Shown: in pieces, positions 8,166 through 13,712 of the stretch
Numbering within the stretch: the first letter of the stretch is position 1
Layout of the letters: each line of letters opens with the position of its first letter
NCBI GenBank assembly: GCA_048941265.1
Contig: JBHLNT010000112.1
Span: 1-13,712 of the forward strand
Length of the DNA: 13,712 bases
Reading direction: 5' to 3'
Source of the DNA: Promethearchaeota archaeon
Lineage (GTDB): Archaea; Asgardarchaeota; Lokiarchaeia; Sigyniarchaeales; SOKP01
The notes under the pieces: generated by a model
What the model was told of the DNA's origin: nothing
Databases searched by the model: none
What the model saw: the letters and a program-made list of their open reading frames with translations, nothing else
Made by a program: the position numbers and the translations under genes

Positions 8166-8575
8166 ATGTTTATTGTAGCAATAATAATTATAGGAATAGG
8201 AATCGCAGGAGTGATATTATTACCCCAAACATTATATGCAGGTTTTATAGATGAGATTGGGACTAAAACAGGTGTTTGCAGAGAAAGAATGTTCTCTGGG
8301 ATTCGAGCCTTTATTGTTAAAGCCTCTATTTCCTTATCCTATGTACAATGGCAATTGTTCTTCAGATATCTGGATTTCAATCAGGAGCCGCAACACAAAC
8401 ATAATCAGCCCTTTTGGGAATTCGGGTGCTCATCAGCATTATTCCGGCAGCTTTTTTATTTATTGAAATTCTAATTTACACCCAATACCCATTGAAAGGA
8501 GAACGCTTGAGAAAAGTAAAAGAACAAGTAAATAGGATGCACGAAGAGAAAAAAAAGGCTTTCGAACGGCAATAA
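8166..8575 (+). pseudogene. Decayed C-terminal fragment of a glycoside-pentoside-hexuronide (MelB-like, MFS) transporter
   Basis: The frame from 8166 reads ...FIDEIGTKTGVCRERMFSGIRAFIVK, resembling the GPH motif D.IDE...TG.RREG. After a 1-nt loss near 8343-8345 another frame continues MAIVLQISGFQSGAATQT*SALLGIRVLISIIPAAFLFIEILIYTQYPLKGERLRKVKEQVNRMHEEKKKAFERQ*, with an internal TAA at 8402-8404 and a final TAA at 8573-8575. Most of the N-terminal part is absent. Confidence 0.8.
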
Positions 8576-8726
8576 GGTTAAAATTTCTAATTTTTTTATT
8601 TCTTTTCTTAACATATTTTTATAACAAATAGAAAATAGAATCAATTAAAATGGTTTAAAGATAATTATATAATGTAAGAGTAAGAAAAATAACAATTTCC
8701 AAATAAAATTAAAAATTGAAAATATC

Positions 8727-9836
8727 TTGGGAGATAATACTTTTGGGACCAGGTTTAAGATAACCTCGTTTGGCGAAAGCCACGGAAAAGTCATAGGAGT
8801 TATTGTCGATGGTTGTCCTGCGGGATTAGAATTTGATTTAGATTTCATTCAGAACGAATTAAATAAACGCAGACCAGGTCAATCTCATTTAACGACCTCT
8901 CGCTCTGAATCTGATAAAGCAATGGTTTTATCCGGAATCTTCAATAGAAAAACTACCGGAGCACCAATTTGCCTAATAGTGGAAAATGAAGATGTAGATT
9001 CTTCAAAATATGAAAAATTTAAAGAAGTATTAAGGCCGTCTCAAGTAGATTATACTGCATTAAACAAATACGGTGGATTTGCGGATTATAGGGGATCAGG
9101 TCGATTTTCAGGTCGGATTACGGCTGGATTTGTGATGGCCGGAGCAATTGCAAAGCAAGTATTAGCAGAATATGATATTAGTATTTTTGCGTATACTAAA
9201 AGCATAGGCAAAATTGTAGACGAAGAAGAGTATCTTGTTGAAGATATTCGAAAAATTATCGATTTACGAGAAAAATCTCCTATAAGAGCCTTAAATTCAA
9301 AGAAGTCAAAATTAATGGAACAAGAAATAGAAGAAGTGAAAAATCAAAAGGATTCCATTGGTGGAACTATTAAATGTATTGTGAATAATTTCCCTGAGGG
9401 CGTTGGCGGACCTATTTTCAACAGTCTTGAATCTAATATAAGTAAGGCAATATTTTCCATACCTGCAATAAAAGGTATAGAGTTTGGGGCAGGTTTCCAA
9501 GCAGCTAAGATGAAAGGCTCTGAACATAACGATCCATGGTTGATTAAAGATGGAAAAATTCAAACAACTAAAAACGATTCAGGGGGTATTATAGGGGGTA
9601 TTTCTACGGGAATGCCTATTGAATTTTGCGTAGCAGTAAAACCAACTGCAACGATAGGAATTCCTCAAAAAACTGTAAATATCGAAAAAATGGAGGATAC
9701 CGAAATAGAAATTACAGGAAGACACGATCCATGTATCGTTCCTCGCGCTATCGTGGTCGTAGAAGCTATGACTGCAATTGTATTATTAGATTTCTTATTA
9801 ATTGAAGGAGTAATCCCTTCAGTATTTAAATCTTAA
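8727..9836 (+). CDS. aroC: Chorismate synthase (TTG start)
   Basis: Motifs SFGESHG, RRPGQS, TTGAPI, DYRGSGRFSGR, SIPAIKGIEFGAGF, GGIIGGISTG, KPTATI and GRHDPCIVPRA. Confidence 0.97.
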   Translation: MGDNTFGTRFKITSFGESHGKVIGVIVDGCPAGLEFDLDFIQNELNKRRPGQSHLTTSRSESDKAMVLSGIFNRKTTGAPICLIVENEDVDSSKYEKFKEVLRPSQVDYTALNKYGGFADYRGSGRFSGRITAGFVMAGAIAKQVLAEYDISIFAYTKSIGKIVDEEEYLVEDIRKIIDLREKSPIRALNSKKSKLMEQEIEEVKNQKDSIGGTIKCIVNNFPEGVGGPIFNSLESNISKAIFSIPAIKGIEFGAGFQAAKMKGSEHNDPWLIKDGKIQTTKNDSGGIIGGISTGMPIEFCVAVKPTATIGIPQKTVNIEKMEDTEIEITGRHDPCIVPRAIVVVEAMTAIVLLDFLLIEGVIPSVFKS

Positions 9837-9852
9837 AAAATAAAACTGTCTA

Positions 9853-11106
9853 TTAGAGATTTTGAATTTCTTCTTTAACTTTTTCTAATTCGTGTTTTAA
9901 TTCTCTTTCTTTAACTTTTAATTCCCGCTTCTTTCTTGATTTTACTTTTTTTTCATCCAATGAAAAAACTGGAGGCGTTATAGGTTGCCTAATATATCGC
10001 AACCTTTGAAAAATGGCACCAATCTCTGGATTGGCAAATTCAGAAATGTAAACAGTGCGATTTTCTTTAATTGATTTTTCAGCCGCAAGTGAAACGACGC
10101 ATGCATCCCTTCCTAATAATAGATTAGCATAAGGTTGTGTTCTTGTTTTGATACATCTTAAGAATTCACGACGTTCTGCTTGACATCCAATATGATCAAT
10201 TCCTTCATTATCGGAATAATAATCAATATCAATTTCTTCTGATTTTCCTAATGGCCCACCAGCTATTATGAATTTCTTGTCTTTTTTTGCTAATGCCCAA
10301 GCTCCATTATCACCTATAATTCCAATTTCAAGTCCCTCAATGGGTTCAATTTCATACATACACAAGCCCAAGTTCCCTTTTGCCCCATTCTCATATTCAA
10401 TTAGAACATTAGCATGATCCACGATAGTAGGATTATCCAGAATTCCCGCTGGATATATAGAGTAAGAACAGTTAATTTTATGTCCATGTTTAACAACTTG
10501 TTGTCCTCCCATTGCAAAGATTTTTTTTGGAGAAGATCGGATAAACCAATTAAATAAATCAAAATGATGACAGTTTTTATCCAAAATTGCTCCACCAGAT
10601 TTACTTTCATCAAAAAACCAATGAATTGGAAAATTTTCTCTATATTCTTTGCAATATGCCATCATTATATTTCCAAAAATCCCTTTTTCAACTAAATGAG
10701 CCATAGTCCGATAAAGATTAGAATAGCGATAAACTAATCCAATTTGAAGAATTCGATCTGTATTTGCATATGTCTTAATAATTACATCCGTTTCCTCGAT
10801 GGTTGGTGCTATGGGCTTTTCTAAAAAGACATCTTTATTTGCTTTTAAAGCGTCGATAGCAATTTGAGTATGTAGATAAGTTGGAGTTGCAATTACAACT
10901 GCATGTAATCCAGGAAATTTCAATAAATCTTTATAATTATTCATTAGTTTTGGCGAACTTTTTTTAACAACATCACGAACCATATCTAATTGGTTTTTAT
11001 CAGGATCAGCTACAGCTACAATTTGAGAATCAGGTAATCTGTCAAAACCAAGGCAATGGCCTAATCCATTGAAACCAAAACCGATTATTCCAATATTTAT
11101 CGTCAT
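9853..11106 (-). CDS. Gfo/Idh/MocA family NAD(P)-dependent oxidoreductase with a C-terminal coiled-coil tail
   Basis: Motifs IGIIGFGFNG (Rossmann fold), VIATPTYLH, VFLEKPIA and SGGAILDKNCHHFD. The ATG at 11106 is preceded by SD-like AGGTGG; the alternative start is GTG at 11112. Confidence 0.92.
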   Translation of the reverse strand: MTINIGIIGFGFNGLGHCLGFDRLPDSQIVAVADPDKNQLDMVRDVVKKSSPKLMNNYKDLLKFPGLHAVVIATPTYLHTQIAIDALKANKDVFLEKPIAPTIEETDVIIKTYANTDRILQIGLVYRYSNLYRTMAHLVEKGIFGNIMMAYCKEYRENFPIHWFFDESKSGGAILDKNCHHFDLFNWFIRSSPKKIFAMGGQQVVKHGHKINCSYSIYPAGILDNPTIVDHANVLIEYENGAKGNLGLCMYEIEPIEGLEIGIIGDNGAWALAKKDKKFIIAGGPLGKSEEIDIDYYSDNEGIDHIGCQAERREFLRCIKTRTQPYANLLLGRDACVVSLAAEKSIKENRTVYISEFANPEIGAIFQRLRYIRQPITPPVFSLDEKKVKSRKKRELKVKERELKHELEKVKEEIQNL

Positions 11107-11266
11107 TTCCACCTATGTTGATCTTAAATTAATTTGAATTTATTCAAATTTAATAACTACTTTTTATTATTTGATTAACCCAATCTTTTCGTTTTGAATA
11201 ATTTTATTATGAGGGAGTATCTTTAATAAATTATATTTTAAAATTAAAGTTGGGATAAAATAGACT

Positions 11267-11500
11267 ATGAGTAAAAATATTGACACATCAGGACAGTTTA
11301 TAGAATTTTACAAGAAGAAAGGAGATTATTTAATAACTCTCGTAGATAATCATTATATGAATAAAGAATATAAGAAATGTCTTGAATTATTAAATCAAGC
11401 ATATGCCATGTACCAGAAAGGAAATTGTACTGAGGATATGGCAACTACGAAAAAAAGATTTGATGAAATAAAAACAACCCATTTTAAAAAAAAAGAATAA
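11267..11500 (+). CDS. Small helical hypothetical protein (single TPR/MIT-like helical hairpin)
   Basis: 77 aa ORF filling the gap between flanking genes, with ATG start; the pattern HYMNKEYKKCLELLNQAYAMY is TPR-like. Confidence 0.6.
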   Translation: MSKNIDTSGQFIEFYKKKGDYLITLVDNHYMNKEYKKCLELLNQAYAMYQKGNCTEDMATTKKRFDEIKTTHFKKKE

Positions 11501-11510
11501 CATTCTATTG

Positions 11511-11993
11511 TTATGATTTTAATCTTTCCATAATTTTTTCTATGTGAGTTCCTTTCCAATATACTTTTTTGCACTTTGTACATTGATAGAACACTTCGAA
11601 ATGTTTAAATGTTTCAGGTTTTACTTCGTTTATTATTAGGTTCTTATCTTTAACTATTTCTAATTCCGAATTGCACATGGAACACCGGGCTTTCTGCATG
11701 TCAAAATTGTAGTCTAACTGTAATTTGCTTTTAAGTTGATCTAAATAATTATACACTCCTTCACCTTCTAAGAATATGCTTCGATCCCGATGCTTTTTGT
11801 GAAAAGGGTAATCTCTTGTAATAATTATACGATTATTTTCAAGTGCGTATTCTGCAAGTTTTTCATCTGGAACGGGAGTAATACCGAATACAACTTCTAG
11901 ATCGTCAGCATACACCGTATCATACCCGAAAATTCTTAAGAAGCGAGTAAGTCTGCCATACATAGCATCTGTTAAAAATTTAATCTCTTTCAT
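11511..11993 (-). CDS. Mut7-C RNase domain protein (PIN-like fold with zinc ribbon; COG1656/DUF82)
   Basis: Motifs FLTDAMYGRLTRFLRIFGYDT, RIIITRD, RCSMCNSEL and FYQCTKCKKVYWKGTH. Confidence 0.92.
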   Translation of the reverse strand: MKEIKFLTDAMYGRLTRFLRIFGYDTVYADDLEVVFGITPVPDEKLAEYALENNRIIITRDYPFHKKHRDRSIFLEGEGVYNYLDQLKSKLQLDYNFDMQKARCSMCNSELEIVKDKNLIINEVKPETFKHFEVFYQCTKCKKVYWKGTHIEKIMERLKS

Positions 11994-12019
11994 CTCTATT
12001 AAATAAATTTATGGTTAAA

Positions 12020-12027
12020 TATATAAA
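12020..12027 (-). promoter_or_regulatory. Putative TATA box of the Mut7-C gene
   Basis: TTTATATA on the minus strand, ending 27 nt upstream of the ATG at 11993. Confidence 0.45.
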
Positions 12028-12047
12028 ATTATAATATAAGATTAAAG

Positions 12048-13424
12048 TTAAAAAGTAAATTTACCTCTCAGCTTATTATCCTTCCATTTCGCTTCCTTAA
12101 AACTCATTCCGAATATTTGATGCATTTTTTCATCAATATCTTTATTTGTATATGACGTAATAGAACTCTCTTTTAACCAATCAAGTTTTCTCAACAAATG
12201 TCTTCCAGATCTACATTCTCTCAAAAGTTTTGCCGCTTTAGGTTTAACATAGCATTCTAAAACTTCTTTTTTTTTCTTTCGCATATGCACTTTTATAAAA
12301 GTCTCAATTTGACTTGCACTCAATTTTGTGAAATTTTCTGCAATCTTCTGATAGCTCAAATTTCCCGATCTAATAATACGCCTTATTTTTTTAATAAGTA
12401 TTTTATTACGAAATTTTTTAAATTCGAAATTTGGATCCTTCAATACGTCCTTAATAAGACTTGGTAATTGACTCCAGGTAAGCTTTATACTAATATGATT
12501 TTCAATCTCTACTGAATTGTAGCCTTCTTCAATAAGGGGAATAACACGCTCACGTACAATCCTTACTTTTCGTAAGATATTATAATTTTCCACTTCTTCC
12601 CCATAAGAATCTCTATAATGATAAGCTATATTGTTGTTAATAATGTAATCAGATTTATCCAGTGTCGTTTTTAAATATTCCATTGGACCATCATGCCAGT
12701 GAATATCTAAGGAGGCAACTATTGCATTTTCAAGATCTTTATAAATAATATACTCTTTTTCTTTGACTCCAAAATAACCCCCCTCATCAATATTCCACCC
12801 AAATTCGATAAATTGTGTATGAAAAAAACCAATCCAAAATTTTTCTGCATTATCTGCTTTAATTTGAGTTGATTTCTTATCACCTTGATTTTTTATTATT
12901 TGCAATACCATGATTTCGAAAACTTCTAAAGCTTCATTTTTATTCTTGCAATATTTTAAAACTATGTTTGATAGAATCGGATTATGGTGATTTTCGTTAA
13001 AAATGTTAGTTAAATGCCCTATCCATCTATTTTTACCTAGTATTTTATCAGTTTTTTTCACGGTAATTCGAGAAGTAGTTTGTCCAATGTATTTTTCATC
13101 ATTTTTTATCTTAAGTTTTTCTCTATATTTTTTTTTGATTTTAAGTGCATAAATTGTAATATCACGAGGATTCTTATTTTTATCCAACTCTCTTAGTTTA
13201 GTTTGCTTAAGTGTATGTATGCTGTATTTTAATTCTCTAGTGGTTAAATTTATACTTACTCCGCAATCAACACACTCTATTCGCTGCGGAGTTAACAATT
13301 TAAAATTATGTCTCATATACACACTTCCTTTACTTCTTCTACAATTCCATTTTGGATCATATTTAACTAATTTATGAGCTTCAGTCATTAAATTGAAATA
13401 TTCTTGCATAGTATTTTCAGACAT
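12048..13424 (-). CDS. GIY-YIG family endonuclease with N-terminal putative zinc site and C-terminal HTH-like repeats
   Basis: TIY(90-92)...YIGQT(112-116)...RWIGH (R133, H137)...NPILSNIVLKY...FEIMVLQ...AEKFWI (E194)...GWNIDEGG (N211): the full ordered motif set of homing-endonuclease-type GIY-YIG domains. Confidence 0.8.
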   Translation of the reverse strand: MSENTMQEYFNLMTEAHKLVKYDPKWNCRRSKGSVYMRHNFKLLTPQRIECVDCGVSINLTTRELKYSIHTLKQTKLRELDKNKNPRDITIYALKIKKKYREKLKIKNDEKYIGQTTSRITVKKTDKILGKNRWIGHLTNIFNENHHNPILSNIVLKYCKNKNEALEVFEIMVLQIIKNQGDKKSTQIKADNAEKFWIGFFHTQFIEFGWNIDEGGYFGVKEKEYIIYKDLENAIVASLDIHWHDGPMEYLKTTLDKSDYIINNNIAYHYRDSYGEEVENYNILRKVRIVRERVIPLIEEGYNSVEIENHISIKLTWSQLPSLIKDVLKDPNFEFKKFRNKILIKKIRRIIRSGNLSYQKIAENFTKLSASQIETFIKVHMRKKKKEVLECYVKPKAAKLLRECRSGRHLLRKLDWLKESSITSYTNKDIDEKMHQIFGMSFKEAKWKDNKLRGKFTF

Positions 13425-13638
13425 ATTTTCTGTGTATTTTATCCCATCTGATTTATTTAAATTGAAGCAGTCTACAGATTTTGTTAGAAAATTATAAACA
13501 TTAACTAATTGAGGATTTTCTGAGTCAATACATTCAAATAATTGATTTGGATTAGCAATCTCTTTTTTGGAAGAATTTTAGATTAAGACCAATAGCACAA
13601 AAAATTATATAAATTAAATTCCCGTAATATATTCCTAA

Positions 13639-13658
13639 GACTTTTTTATTAAAAAGTC
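13639..13658. promoter_or_regulatory. Perfect palindrome, possible operator or hairpin
   Basis: GACTTTTT-TATT-AAAAAGTC (8-bp arms, 4-nt spacer), overlapping a TTTATTAA TATA-like element at 13645-13652. Confidence 0.4.
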
Positions 13659-13688
13659 ACTAAGTTTTTTTTAACGCGGTTTGAAATC

Positions 13689-13712
13689 ATGAGAATAAGA
13701 AATTTAAGATTG
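13689..13712 (+). CDS. Possible start of a gene running off the window (MRIRNLRL...)
   Basis: ATG at 13689 is open to the window end and lies downstream of TATA-like AT-rich sequence; only 8 codons are visible. Confidence 0.25.

Noticed and set aside
8402-8404. Recoded stop (Sec/Pyl) or programmed frameshift in the transporter fragment
   Set aside because: The stop is TAA, no slippery heptamer is visible at the shift, and the gene is also 5'-truncated.
6119-8719. AAAAATTGA direct repeat (6119-6127, 8711-8719) as a target-site duplication around the hydrolase/MFS segment
   Set aside because: It is low complexity, and excision would leave under 30 nt between the divergent aroA and aroC starts, too little for promoters.
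11267-11993. Toxin-antitoxin pair of the 77-aa protein and the PIN-like Mut7-C
   Set aside because: The genes are convergent rather than operonic, and the small protein has no antitoxin-type RHH/AbrB signature.
1184-12467. Short alternative ORFs in the track (1184-1459, 1648-1872, 3463-3660, 4060-4296, 4981-5178, 8251-8466, 8645-8848, 9312-9563, 10401-10613, 11395-11583, 12285-12467)
   Set aside because: All overlap better-supported genes in another frame or strand and show no recognisable motifs.
12025-13609. AAAATTATA direct repeats flanking the GIY-YIG gene as a target-site duplication, or a surrounding intron
   Set aside because: This pure A/T 9-mer also occurs at 13488-13496. No terminal inverted repeats, split host gene or structured intron core is visible.
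1-13712. CRISPR array, rRNA or IS transposase
   Set aside because: I saw no regularly spaced repeats, no GC-rich structural RNA segment and no transposase motif.

Overview
AT-rich (roughly 30% GC by eye) archaeal chromosomal window. The archaeal RNAP subunit, archaeal-type SHMT and protein style suggest an Asgard (Lokiarchaeia/Promethearchaeota-like) genome; this is inference, not proven. The left half is housekeeping: a COG1340-type coiled-coil protein, glyA, and a truncated rpoD(rpo3)-rpl18e-rpl13-rps9 cluster. Next come divergent aroA and aroC, separated by a membrane-anchored alpha/beta hydrolase and a decayed GPH/MFS transporter fragment with a frameshift and an internal stop. A Gfo/Idh/MocA oxidoreductase, a small helical protein and a Mut7-C (PIN-like) RNase follow. 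The most unusual element is at the right end: a free-standing GIY-YIG endonuclease with an N-terminal C-H-CxxC putative zinc site, a C-terminal array of HTH-like repeats, a 51-codon ATG-less open frame upstream, and a perfect palindrome in the upstream intergenic region. I saw no tRNA, rRNA, CRISPR array or transposase.
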